This document shows, piece by piece, positions 38,494-48,475 of a DNA stretch of 64,000 bases. A model generated the notes under the pieces. The model saw only the letters and a program-made list of their open reading frames with translations, searched no databases and was not told the DNA's origin. The stretch comes from Sedimentisphaeraceae bacterium JB056 (GTDB lineage: Bacteria; Planctomycetota; Phycisphaerae; Sedimentisphaerales; Sedimentisphaeraceae), in the NCBI GenBank assembly GCA_044440125.1, contig JBITAJ010000006.1, positions 1 to 64,000 of the forward strand, read 5' to 3'. The position numbers and the translations under genes are program-made. The number at the start of each line of letters is the position of its first letter. The first letter of the stretch is position 1.

Positions 38494-39525
38494 ATGAGAC
38501 CTACTGACAACTTAAATATTGTTGAATTAAAGCCGTTGATAACTCCCAGGCAACTGAGAGAGCAACTTCCTCTTAGTGATAAGCAGGCAAAAGTGGTTCT
38601 TGATGCCAGGGATGATATAAAGAGTATCATCACTCATAGAGATAAGAGGATGCTTGTTATTACCGGCCCGTGTTCTATTCATGATGAGGCATCGGCATTG
38701 GATTATGCTTCAAGGCTTGCTAAGCTTCAGGAGAAGTATTCTGACAAGGTGCTTATTGTTATGAGGGCTTATTTCGAGAAGCCAAGAACCACTATCGGTT
38801 GGAAGGGGATGCTCTATGATCCAGATCTCAATGGCTCTTATAATATGGAAAAAGGTCTTCGTCAGGCCAGAGACATAATGCTTAAGATCATAGATATGGG
38901 GCTTCCGGTTGCGACAGAGGTGTTAGAGCCAATCGTTCCTCAGTATATTACTGATCTTATAAGCTGGGTTGCTATTGGGGCAAGGACTACCGAATCGCAG
39001 ATACATCGCCAGATGGTTAGCGGACTTTCGATGCCGATCGGATTTAAAAATGCTACGGATGGAAGCCTTGATGTAGCCGTGCAGGCTATAAAGACTGCCA
39101 GAAATCCCCATTATTTCTTCGGAATTGATATTGACGGCAGGGTTGCTGTTGCAGAGACACGCGGTAATATATATACGCATTTTGTTTTAAGAGGCGGTAC
39201 TAACGGACCTAATTATGAAACAGAATATATTGCTTTTGCCGAGGCTCTTTTGAAGAAGGCAAGGATTGGAACCGGTATTATTGTTGATTGCAGTCATGGT
39301 AATTCTTTTAAGGATTACCGTAAGCAGGCGGATGTAATAAATAGTATCGTAAGCCAGAAACGTGAAGGTAATAAATCAATAGTCGGTGTTATGCTTGAAA
39401 GCTTTATAGAAGAAGGCAGCCAGAATATTGACGCCGAGAGTCTCAAATATGGACTTTCCATAACTGATGCGTGTATCGGTTGGGATAAGACAGAATCTTT
39501 AATAACGAAACTTGCAAATATTTGA
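38494..39525 (+). CDS. DAHP synthase, class I-alpha (AroF/AroG/AroH type)
   Basis: GPCSIHD, RAYFEKPRTTIGWKG, AIGARTTESQ, DCSHGNS, SITDACIGW. Confidence 0.95.
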   Translation: MRPTDNLNIVELKPLITPRQLREQLPLSDKQAKVVLDARDDIKSIITHRDKRMLVITGPCSIHDEASALDYASRLAKLQEKYSDKVLIVMRAYFEKPRTTIGWKGMLYDPDLNGSYNMEKGLRQARDIMLKIIDMGLPVATEVLEPIVPQYITDLISWVAIGARTTESQIHRQMVSGLSMPIGFKNATDGSLDVAVQAIKTARNPHYFFGIDIDGRVAVAETRGNIYTHFVLRGGTNGPNYETEYIAFAEALLKKARIGTGIIVDCSHGNSFKDYRKQADVINSIVSQKREGNKSIVGVMLESFIEEGSQNIDAESLKYGLSITDACIGWDKTESLITKLANI

Positions 39526-39544
39526 CAAATTATAAGGAATTTTT

Positions 39545-40258
39545 ATGGATATTCTTCCGGCTATAGATCTGATAGATGGCAAATGCGTGCGTTTGCTTCA
39601 GGGACAGTATGACAAGCAGATAACTTATGGAGACAGTCCTTCAGATCAGGCAAAGGATTTTATAAGCCAGGCGGCACAATGGATACATGTTATTGATCTT
39701 GATGGCGCCAAGGCCGGTCGTCCAATGAATCTGGAAGCGATAAAGAGTATCGTGGAGCTTGGTAAGCTCAAGGTTGAAGTTGGCGGCGGTATTCGTGATG
39801 AGGATTCTATAAAGTGTCTTCTGGATACGGGTGTAGAGAGGCTGATAATAGGCACAAGAGCTGTTAAGGAATTTAGCTGGTTTGAAAAGATGTGTGAGAA
39901 GTTCCCTGGCAAGCTTGTTCTCGGTCTTGACGGCAGGGATTCCAAAGTCGCTACAGATGGCTGGCTTGAGGAAACAGAGGAAACGATTATTGGTTTTGCA
40001 CAAAAAGCGGCAAGAGTTCCGATAGCGGCGATAATATATACAGATATATCAAAAGACGGTATGCTTGAAGGGCCTAACCTGGAGCGGACAAAGATGCTGG
40101 TTGATTCTGTAGATGTACCTGTCGTTGCGGCAGGAGGTGTTACGACTGTTGATGATATTACTCATCTTGGTGAAGTTGGAGTTGCAGGTGCAGTTATCGG
40201 CAGGGCGCTCTATGAAGGTACTATCACCGTTAAGGATGCTGTTAAAGTGGCAGGATAA
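39545..40258 (+). CDS. hisA: ProFAR isomerase HisA
   Basis: ILPAIDLIDGKCVRLLQG, HVIDLDGA, EVGGGIR, YTDISKDGMLEGPN, GRALYEG. Confidence 0.96.
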   Translation: MDILPAIDLIDGKCVRLLQGQYDKQITYGDSPSDQAKDFISQAAQWIHVIDLDGAKAGRPMNLEAIKSIVELGKLKVEVGGGIRDEDSIKCLLDTGVERLIIGTRAVKEFSWFEKMCEKFPGKLVLGLDGRDSKVATDGWLEETEETIIGFAQKAARVPIAAIIYTDISKDGMLEGPNLERTKMLVDSVDVPVVAAGGVTTVDDITHLGEVGVAGAVIGRALYEGTITVKDAVKVAG

Positions 40259-40260
40259 CA

Positions 40261-41484
40261 GTGAAAAAAAGTAAGCGTAAATATTTCCAGCAGCAGTTGG
40301 CGAAACTGACCGAATCACAGAAACGTTTCCTTTACAAGAGGGCGGCTAATGTGAGAAAAGCTGCACAGGTCAAAAATCGCACTCGCAGAAATAAAACGCG
40401 TAAGGAATTCAACGCCCGCGGTGCCGAAGAGACGATGATAATGTTCGAGAAGCCCCGCAAGGTTGGTTCGATAAGCATTGATGACTGGGCATTGAAGGTC
40501 ATAGAGGAAGAGGGAATTAATTTTATAATCGAAAATTGTCCCGCCGAGGATATCAGACCTGAATATAAGGATGATCATGTCGGCATGGTTGTCTCTGCTG
40601 CCTCAGCAGGCTGCACAGTTCGTTATAATGGTGAGGATATAGAGTGCCTGCTTGGCCCTGAGCTTTCAATGACTCAAAAGAGTGATATTGCCGTTGGTGA
40701 TATTGCCAATTTTGCTTACACTGCAGATCAAAGGGCAGTGGTAGTATCTATTGATCCACGGAGGAGTAAGCTTTCACGCCCTGATCCCACTAAAGCTGGG
40801 GTTGAACGCGTTGTAGCGGCTAATGTTGATATTGCCGTTATTGTAGCCGCTATAAAAAGACCAGTACTTAGACCCAGCCTAATTGACAGATACCTCATTG
40901 CAGCTCAGAAAGGCGGGATAACTCCGCTGATTTGCGTTAACAAGATAGATCTTCTTGATGATAAAGATAAACAGCAGGAGCTTGAAATTCTCGAGCCTTA
41001 CAAGCAAATAGGTCTGGTTATTGTTGAATGTTCGGCAGAGTCAGGATATGGCATTGATGAGCTCAAGAAGAATCTTGAAGGTAAATTATGTGTGTTTGTT
41101 GGTCATAGCGGAACAGGAAAAAGTTCTATAGTAAATACTATAAAGCCTGAGATGAATCTGCAAACCGGTGAGGTTCATGAGGCTACCGGTCTTGGCAGGC
41201 ATACCACGACTAATTCTATGCTTTATGAATTTGAAGATGGTGTAAAAATAATTGATACGCCCGGTATTAGGGAATTTGGTCTTTGGCAGATGGATCCATC
41301 TGATCTCAAATGGTATTTTGATGAATTTGATGAGTTTGCTGAGCAGTGTAAATATGCTAATTGTTCACATACTCATGAGCCCGATTGTGCAGTTAAAGAT
41401 GCTGTTGAAAAGGGACTTATAACCCTGCAGCGTTATGAAAGCTACTTGAGAATACTTGATACTCTGGATGATACTTATTATTAA
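40261..41484 (+). CDS. rsgA: Ribosome small-subunit GTPase RsgA with a long N-terminal extension
   Basis: NKIDL, GHSGTGKSS, GRHTTT, DTPGIREFGL, CKYANCSHTHEPDC zinc finger; GTG start. Confidence 0.92.
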   Translation: MKKSKRKYFQQQLAKLTESQKRFLYKRAANVRKAAQVKNRTRRNKTRKEFNARGAEETMIMFEKPRKVGSISIDDWALKVIEEEGINFIIENCPAEDIRPEYKDDHVGMVVSAASAGCTVRYNGEDIECLLGPELSMTQKSDIAVGDIANFAYTADQRAVVVSIDPRRSKLSRPDPTKAGVERVVAANVDIAVIVAAIKRPVLRPSLIDRYLIAAQKGGITPLICVNKIDLLDDKDKQQELEILEPYKQIGLVIVECSAESGYGIDELKKNLEGKLCVFVGHSGTGKSSIVNTIKPEMNLQTGEVHEATGLGRHTTTNSMLYEFEDGVKIIDTPGIREFGLWQMDPSDLKWYFDEFDEFAEQCKYANCSHTHEPDCAVKDAVEKGLITLQRYESYLRILDTLDDTYY

Positions 41485-41641
41485 GTTGTTTGAAATTTCT
41501 ACTTAGCATATTACTGGCAAATGTATGGCTTTTATTGTGAAATTAAGCTTGACAGTCTGGCGTTTTTATTGATATTTAAAATTGATTGTGCTTGGGTTTA
41601 AAATAGACAGCTGAATTATAAAAAAAGAAAATTAGTTTATT

Positions 41642-44134
41642 ATGGCAAAACAACAAATACACCTTATATGCAATGCTCATCTTGACCCTGTATGGCTATG
41701 GAAATGGCAGGAAGGGGCCGCTGAAGCAATATCAACATTTCGTACGGCAGCAGAGCTTTGCGAAAAACATGATGCGTTCATTTTTAACCATAATGAGGTT
41801 ATATTGTATCAGTGGATACAAGAGTATGAGCCTCAGTTGTTTGAACGCATTCGTAAGCTTGTAAAGCAGGGGCGCTGGCATATAATGGGCGGTTGGTATT
41901 TACAACCTGACTGTAACATGCTTTCCGGTGAGTCATTTGTAAGGCAGATACTCGTTGGAAAGAATTATTTTAAACAGGAATTTGGTGTTGAGCCCAATAC
42001 AGCCATTAATTTTGATCCGTTCGGACATACTCAGGGGCTTGTTCAAATCATGGCTAAGAGTGGTTACGATTCTTATCTTTTCGGGCGTCCCACTCCGCCG
42101 TGGCAGGATTTGCCGGCAGAGGAGTTTACTTGGGTTGGGCTTGACGGCTCTAAAATAATGGCTACTCGTTTTTGCGGATGGTATCAGACATTCCTTGGTC
42201 AGGCAAAAGAGATTATTACCGAACGCATAGAAGCCAATCCTGACAGAGACATACTTGCCGTGCTTTGGGGTGTTGGAAATCATGGCGGCGGGCCATCGAA
42301 ATATGATCTTAAGCAGGTTGAAAAGCTTATAAAAGAAACAGATTCATGTGATATTCAGCATTCCACTCCTGAGAAATACTTTAAGGCTTTGAGTAAAAAG
42401 AAGGCTGATCTCCCTGAGTTTTCAGGAGATTTATACCCTTGGGGTGTCGGCTGCTATACTTCGCAAATACGTATCAAGCAGGGTCACAGACTCCTTGAAA
42501 ATGAATATTACGCTACAGAGAAAATGCTGTCTGCAGCATATGCAAATAAATTATTGAAATATCCGGCAGATGAACTTAGTGTTGCCCTGGAAAAGCTTCT
42601 TACAGTACAGTTCCATGATATCTTACCGGGGTCATCGATTGAGGAAGTTGAAAAATACTCACTTGATCTTGTAGGAGCCGGACTGGATGTGATTTCACGG
42701 CTTAAGATGAGAGCGTTCTTTAATCTCGCTTCCGGTCAGAAGAAGGCAAAAGATGGTTATATACCTGTTATGGTGTACAATCCTCATCCCTTTGAGACAG
42801 AGCAGATAGTTGAGTGTGAATTTAATCTTCATGATTTCAAAGAACGTGATGATTATCATGATATAGAGGTTTATCAGGGCAAAAAGTCAATAACTTCGCA
42901 GGTTGAATATGAGGCTTCGACAATATACAAGCAATGGAGAAAGCATCTTGTGTTCAATGCTATGCTTAAGCCGGGTATGAACCGTTTTGACTGCTTACCT
43001 GTTAAAGGTGTTGAACCTGAAAAGACGGCAGATATCAAAGACGGTAAACTGGTATTTATCAATGAAGATATGCAGCTTTCAATCAACACTTCAACGGGTC
43101 TTATTGACAGTTATATTGTTAATGGCAAGGATTGTCTTGGAAGCAGAGGTGTTGGTTTTGAAGTGCTTGATGATTCGCCTGACTCATGGTTGTCGTGTGA
43201 TGACAATCTTGGCGAGTTGCTTGATAGTTTCAAACTTGCAAGCAGTAAGGATTGTGCAAGCCTTTCTGGTATTAAAGCCCGAACTCTCGATCCAGTTCGC
43301 GTAATCGAGGCAGGAGATGTCAGGACTGTAGTAGAAGCATGCTTTAAGTATAATCGTTCATTTATGTTCGTTCGTTACTATATTCCGAAAATTGGCAATG
43401 AAGTCAAAATTGATGTCAGGGTTAATTGGAACGAAAATGATAAGGCCCTCAAAATGGCGGTTGATTGTGGATTTGAGCCGCAAAAAATGCTTGGTGATAC
43501 AGCTTTTGGCTGTGGTGAACTTGTAACTGACGGCAGAGAGACTGTAAGTCAGAAGTGGACGGCTGTGCTTGAAGAAAACTCCGATACAATGATTGCATGC
43601 GTAAATAACGGCACTTACGGTGCGGACCTTTCCGATGGCAAGCTGCGTCCTACTTTACTGCGTTCGGCCTGCTATTCAGCTCTTGCTGAAGAGAAAACTG
43701 CGGATCACAGCGAAGTCTATATGCCTCAAGACAGGCTTATGCCGCGTTTTGACAATGGAGTTCGTAATTTCAGTTTCTGGTTATCAGGCGGTAATATTAC
43801 TGATACCAAGAAGAATATTCATAACTTGGCTCTTTTGAAAAATGAAGAGCCGCTGAGCTTGTCTTTCTTCCCCAATGGCGACGGAGCCAAGACCAAACCT
43901 ATAGTCAGTCTGTCAAATAATTCCGTTCAGATATCTGCCGTGAAGAAGAGTGAAAAAGGTAATAATATAATTATCAGACTTTACGAGCCGGTAGGTGACA
44001 GCGTCAAGACTACTTTGAAGCTTCCTGTTTTCAGCAAGAGTATCAAATTGTCTTTTGATCCATTTGAAATCAAGACGATAGTTTACAATCTGCGATCAGG
44101 GAAATTTAGTGAAAAATCACTTATTGAAAGGTGA
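41642..44134 (+). CDS. Glycoside hydrolase family 38 (alpha-mannosidase-like)
   Basis: NAHLDPVWLW, GESFVRQ, DPFGH, GNHGGGP, QFHDILPGSSI, F.PFEIKT. Confidence 0.92.
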   Translation: MAKQQIHLICNAHLDPVWLWKWQEGAAEAISTFRTAAELCEKHDAFIFNHNEVILYQWIQEYEPQLFERIRKLVKQGRWHIMGGWYLQPDCNMLSGESFVRQILVGKNYFKQEFGVEPNTAINFDPFGHTQGLVQIMAKSGYDSYLFGRPTPPWQDLPAEEFTWVGLDGSKIMATRFCGWYQTFLGQAKEIITERIEANPDRDILAVLWGVGNHGGGPSKYDLKQVEKLIKETDSCDIQHSTPEKYFKALSKKKADLPEFSGDLYPWGVGCYTSQIRIKQGHRLLENEYYATEKMLSAAYANKLLKYPADELSVALEKLLTVQFHDILPGSSIEEVEKYSLDLVGAGLDVISRLKMRAFFNLASGQKKAKDGYIPVMVYNPHPFETEQIVECEFNLHDFKERDDYHDIEVYQGKKSITSQVEYEASTIYKQWRKHLVFNAMLKPGMNRFDCLPVKGVEPEKTADIKDGKLVFINEDMQLSINTSTGLIDSYIVNGKDCLGSRGVGFEVLDDSPDSWLSCDDNLGELLDSFKLASSKDCASLSGIKARTLDPVRVIEAGDVRTVVEACFKYNRSFMFVRYYIPKIGNEVKIDVRVNWNENDKALKMAVDCGFEPQKMLGDTAFGCGELVTDGRETVSQKWTAVLEENSDTMIACVNNGTYGADLSDGKLRPTLLRSACYSALAEEKTADHSEVYMPQDRLMPRFDNGVRNFSFWLSGGNITDTKKNIHNLALLKNEEPLSLSFFPNGDGAKTKPIVSLSNNSVQISAVKKSEKGNNIIIRLYEPVGDSVKTTLKLPVFSKSIKLSFDPFEIKTIVYNLRSGKFSEKSLIER

Positions 44135-44259
44135 TTTTGAACCAATATTCGCTTGACTTTCGTTAATCTTTAGTTTATTGTTTTACAGGTACTTATGGTA
44201 ATTAAACGGTAATAATTGCCTGTTGTTTTGTTAATACAGATTACGTACGGAGTAATTAT

Positions 44260-45453
44260 ATGATAAATGTGGCGATGATCGGATGCGGCGGTTATGCTTA
44301 TGAACTGCTGAAAAGACTTTGGATGCTGCCTGAAAAATTTAATGTAGTGGCTGTTTCAAGCCGTTCAGGCACAGGTACTGAAGGTGGACGTGCATGCTCA
44401 GAAAAGGGTATCAAAATCTATAGCGATATAGATCAGATGCTCAGCGATCTTCAGGGCAAGGCTGATGCTATCTTTGTTCCTACCCCTATACATACGCACA
44501 AAGATCTTGCTACCAAATGTATGGATGCCGGTTTTGACGTGCTTCTTGAAAAGCCTCCTGTTGCGACAATTCAGGATCTTAACTATCTTTCTGATTATGC
44601 TGCTAAAAAGGGCAAGAACGTAGCCGTTCTTTTCCAGTCACTTTATACAAAGATAATTAAAGAACTAAAGGATCGCATTGTATCCGGAGAGTTTGGCAAG
44701 GTTCTTAAAGTCAGAGGTATTGCCGGTTGGCCGAGAATGGACGACTATTACAGCAGAAGCAGCTGGGCTGGCAAGCTTAAGGCCGGCGAGCACTGGGTGC
44801 TTGACGGTACAATCAATAATCCGCTTGCTCATATGCTCAGCAACGAGCTTTATCTTGCATCAATGGAACCTGGCAAGATGGAAACTCCTGTCAGTGTTAC
44901 GGCCGAGCTTTATCATGCACATGACATTGAGAGCGAGGATACAAGCAGTCTCAGGATTATTACCGAAAATGGTGTTGAGGTTACATTCAATGCTTCGCTT
45001 TGTTCTGAGAACAATCTTGACCCCATTAATATGATTATCTGTGAAAAAGCTACTATTGAATACATCAATTTCAATGAAGCCAAGATTACTTTTAATGATG
45101 GCAAGACTGATTCTATCGTAGATGAGACAGAGCAGAGAGTTTATATGATGGAAATGCTTTATGACTCTATGACTAATAATAAGCCATTTGCATGCACACT
45201 TGATACTTGTAAGCCTTTTACTACTTGCGTTAATGCTGCTTTCGAGTCAACAGGCAAAGTTAAGGCAATTGAAAAGAAGTATATCACACGTCGCGAGCAG
45301 GGCGATACTATCAAGACTGTTATAAATGGTATTGACAAGGCTTTGAAAGTTGCATATGACGGCGGCAAGCTTTTCTCTGAACTTGGCCTTGAATGGGCAG
45401 AATCATCAGAAACTATGGATGTAAAGAATTACAGCAAGTATCCATCTGCCTGA
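44260..45453 (+). CDS. Gfo/Idh/MocA-family oxidoreductase
   Basis: IGCGGYA Rossmann motif, TPIHTH, LEKPP. Confidence 0.88.
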   Translation: MINVAMIGCGGYAYELLKRLWMLPEKFNVVAVSSRSGTGTEGGRACSEKGIKIYSDIDQMLSDLQGKADAIFVPTPIHTHKDLATKCMDAGFDVLLEKPPVATIQDLNYLSDYAAKKGKNVAVLFQSLYTKIIKELKDRIVSGEFGKVLKVRGIAGWPRMDDYYSRSSWAGKLKAGEHWVLDGTINNPLAHMLSNELYLASMEPGKMETPVSVTAELYHAHDIESEDTSSLRIITENGVEVTFNASLCSENNLDPINMIICEKATIEYINFNEAKITFNDGKTDSIVDETEQRVYMMEMLYDSMTNNKPFACTLDTCKPFTTCVNAAFESTGKVKAIEKKYITRREQGDTIKTVINGIDKALKVAYDGGKLFSELGLEWAESSETMDVKNYSKYPSA

Positions 45454-45473
45454 TTCTAATTAGCGAAAAATAT

Positions 45474-45516
45474 AACGGGTTGACGATATTGTAATAATCG
45501 TCAACCCGTTTTTTTT
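45474..45516 (+). terminator. Intrinsic terminator
   Basis: AACGGGTTGACGAT...ATCGTCAACCCGTT followed by a T-run. Confidence 0.85.
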
Positions 45517-45520
45517 ATGC

Positions 45521-45550
45521 TGTAGCGACTCGATTAATCGCGTCTTTACA
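45521..45550. repeat. GTAG-type REP-like palindrome
   Basis: TGTAGCGACTCGATTAATCGCGTCTTTACA, an imperfect palindrome starting with GTAG. Confidence 0.55.
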
Positions 45551-45591
45551 AACAGATTTGAAATTTCAAATAATATTGCAATCAGGATTTA

Positions 45592-46689
45592 TTAATCGAT
45601 TTCTCCCTGTTCCAGTCCGAGGGGTAGTATCGCCGGACGTTTGCATGTTGATGATATCTGTATTTTTTGGCCAAGCTCACTTGATTTGTCAAACGAAAGC
45701 ATTACTTCCAGTACGTGCATAGCAAGCTCTCCATTTGCTCTGTGTTCTCTCTTCTTTTTAATTGCACAGGCCATATCCGCCACTCCGATGCTCCGTGAGT
45801 TTTCCGTATAGATGTGCGAGAGCGGCACTTCGACCCAGTCCTCATATCCATCTCGATAGATCCTTACCGGTCCGCCGAATGTATTGGGATCGGGTATTTG
45901 TAAACTACCTTCTGAACCGTATATTTCTATAGGATTATGACCGTGTTTATGAACTTCGAAGCTTGCGATCACTGTTATCACGGCTCCGCATTCGAATCCA
46001 AGCATACCGCTGAAGTGTGTATTTACATTAACCGGGTATATCTGCGGTATTGTTTCGGGCCCGCCTTTACGTGTTTCCGAGCCTTTGCATGTTGTTGCGG
46101 TAACACTCTTAATCGGGCCAAGCAGATTTACAAGAGCGGTAATATAGTAAGGTCCTAAATCCAGCATTGGACCTGCTCCTGTGTCGTAGAAGAATGGAGC
46201 GTGAGGCCATTTTTCAGGGCCTCTTCCCAGTACTATTGCGGTTCCGGCTATTGGTTTGCCAATCCAGCCGTCATCAATCATTTTTCTTGCTGTTTGCTGG
46301 CCGCCTCCAAGGAATGTGTCTGGCGCTGAGCCTATCAGGAGTCCTTTTTCGTTGGCAAGAGAAATTGCTTTTTCCGCCTCTTCCATATCTATACCAAACG
46401 GCTTCTCGCTGTAAACGTGTTTGCCGGCGTTGAGAATATCGAGCGTAACTGGAAGATGCGCTTTAGGGGGCGTAAGATTAAGTACTATTTGTATGTCTTC
46501 TTTTTCCAGCAACTCTTTTGCGGTCATATAGTCCACGTTATAGGTTTCACCTTTTTTCTGAGCGATATGCGGATCCTTGTCTGCGCAGGCGATGACTTCG
46601 ATCATATCAAAAGTTTGCGATGCTTTGAAATATATATCGCTTATCATTCCGCATCCGATAATTCCAACCTTTATTTTTTCTGTTTTCAT
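45592..46689 (-). CDS. Gfo/Idh/MocA-family oxidoreductase
   Basis: IIGCGMIS, HVYSEKP, APDTFLGGG, GPMLDLGPYY. Confidence 0.9.
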   Translation of the reverse strand: MKTEKIKVGIIGCGMISDIYFKASQTFDMIEVIACADKDPHIAQKKGETYNVDYMTAKELLEKEDIQIVLNLTPPKAHLPVTLDILNAGKHVYSEKPFGIDMEEAEKAISLANEKGLLIGSAPDTFLGGGQQTARKMIDDGWIGKPIAGTAIVLGRGPEKWPHAPFFYDTGAGPMLDLGPYYITALVNLLGPIKSVTATTCKGSETRKGGPETIPQIYPVNVNTHFSGMLGFECGAVITVIASFEVHKHGHNPIEIYGSEGSLQIPDPNTFGGPVRIYRDGYEDWVEVPLSHIYTENSRSIGVADMACAIKKKREHRANGELAMHVLEVMLSFDKSSELGQKIQISSTCKRPAILPLGLEQGEID

Positions 46690-46715
46690 TTTTAGTCCTT
46701 AAATAGAGGGATGTT

Positions 46716-47513
46716 TTATTTGTTACCCTCGGCAAATCCATTTTCAGTCATATATTTATAGCTCATTTCGATGGCAGTGAACATGTCAATATTGCAATAG
46801 TCAAGTTCTACTACTATAGAGTCTACAGCCTGAGGCAGATTTTTAATCAGTTGTGGTATATCAAGTTCCCCTGTTCCAAGTGCTCTCAGCTCTATCTCTC
46901 TGTCGAGCGTGCCATTGGTTACTTTGAGTTCCTTTTGTTCTTGCTTGATCAGTCCATCCTTTAGGTGAAATGCTATGATTCTATCTGCAAACAGGTCCAT
47001 CATTTCAACAGGATCTTCGTTTCCAAAGTTTGTTGACCAGAACGAATCCATCTGGAATTTGACTTTAGGGCATAATTCCGCATATATTTCATATTTGAGC
47101 TTGCCGTCTATACGTTCAAATTCAAAATTGTGATTGTGTTGGAAAAGTATAAGACCATTTTTTTCGAGTTCTTCCTGCATTTTGTTAGTCATTTCGGCTG
47201 TTTTTTTGATAGCGTCCATGTCTTGAAATTCAGCAGGGCCGTAGCCGCATACTACTTTGTCAAGCCCGAGTATTCCGGCTGTTTCAATTACTTCAGGTAT
47301 ATTGTCTTCTCTTGCCCATGGAGAATGGGATGAATACATTTCAAGTCCCAGATCATTGATTGTTTTCTTGAATTCCTGTGGCGAGAGATTCCAGAATCCT
47401 GCCGGTTCGACAGCCTTGTATCCTATTTGGGCAACTCTCTTAAGTACGCCTATGAAATCTTTTTCGGCCTCATCCCTTAAAGAATACAGTTGGACAGCAA
47501 TTGGTAATGCCAT
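46716..47513 (-). CDS. Sugar phosphate isomerase/epimerase (AP-endonuclease-2 TIM barrel, IolE-like)
   Basis: QLYSLR, GYKAVE, HNHNFEF, QMDSFW, FHLKD, LGTGELD, VELD. Confidence 0.88.
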   Translation of the reverse strand: MALPIAVQLYSLRDEAEKDFIGVLKRVAQIGYKAVEPAGFWNLSPQEFKKTINDLGLEMYSSHSPWAREDNIPEVIETAGILGLDKVVCGYGPAEFQDMDAIKKTAEMTNKMQEELEKNGLILFQHNHNFEFERIDGKLKYEIYAELCPKVKFQMDSFWSTNFGNEDPVEMMDLFADRIIAFHLKDGLIKQEQKELKVTNGTLDREIELRALGTGELDIPQLIKNLPQAVDSIVVELDYCNIDMFTAIEMSYKYMTENGFAEGNK

Positions 47514-47665
47514 AATAATACCTCAATAATATCTGTTGATTTTACTTAAACTACATATACAATATTAATTAATAATAGCATGCTAACTTTATTTTATTAG
47601 TATAATACAATGCTATGGAAGTTGCAATTGACTAAAACTGTCATTTATTGACCGGGTATATCAAT

Positions 47666-48475
47666 ATGTTGGAAATGATTTCACACGTTAAGAGCCTTAA
47701 GGGAGTTTATTATTATATGGCTCCTCATGATGAGCCGATAACATCATGGCCGGTTCCTGAGGACATGGAGCTGGTAGAGGTGCTGACCGGTGGAGAGGTG
47801 TTTTTTGAGGTTGACGGAGTTGATAAAGTATTTACTAATGGTGCTATATTCTGGCATCAGACAGGCGAGAGCACTATATGCCGCACACCCTCTGATAATC
47901 CATACCGATGTGCTGTTTTTCTGTTTTCGGTTTCAGAACTGCGGAGGCCGGTTGACAGAGTTGGTTTCTGGGACCTTGATATTGATTTGGATAAATTTGT
48001 TGCAGACTGCTTTGAACTTTTTCATTCAAACAAAATATCTAAAGACATATTGTGTTTGTATATCTACAGCAATCTTTTGCGGCACACAACTGTGTCCAAT
48101 GACCTTTCTAAATATCATGATTACCCGCTTGTGCTTGAGAAGATGATTCATTTCATACAGAATAATTATGGACATAAAATTTCTGTGCCAGATATTGCAA
48201 ATGCCGGCGGCATTAGTGAGCCGCATGTCTTTAAGGTGTTTCAAAAACATCTTGCGATTACACCTTACCAATACATACTTTCTTTGCAGTTATCACGAGC
48301 GAGGACTATGCTTGCCGGAAGCTCCCTCCCTATAAAAGCTATTGCCGTTGAGTGCGGATTTGATAATATAGAGGTTTTCTATCGCCGATTTAAGGAAAAT
48401 ACCGGGATGCCTCCGGGAAAGTACAGAGAAAAATATCTGCCGTACGAATTTTCAGAAGACAATGCTGCTGGCTAA
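47666..48475 (+). CDS. AraC-family transcriptional regulator
   Basis: C-terminal HTH IAVECGFDN...FYRRFKENTGMPPGKYR; divergent from the IolE-like gene. Start uncertain (47648, 47666 or 47675). Confidence 0.88.
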   Translation: MLEMISHVKSLKGVYYYMAPHDEPITSWPVPEDMELVEVLTGGEVFFEVDGVDKVFTNGAIFWHQTGESTICRTPSDNPYRCAVFLFSVSELRRPVDRVGFWDLDIDLDKFVADCFELFHSNKISKDILCLYIYSNLLRHTTVSNDLSKYHDYPLVLEKMIHFIQNNYGHKISVPDIANAGGISEPHVFKVFQKHLAITPYQYILSLQLSRARTMLAGSSLPIKAIAVECGFDNIEVFYRRFKENTGMPPGKYREKYLPYEFSEDNAAG

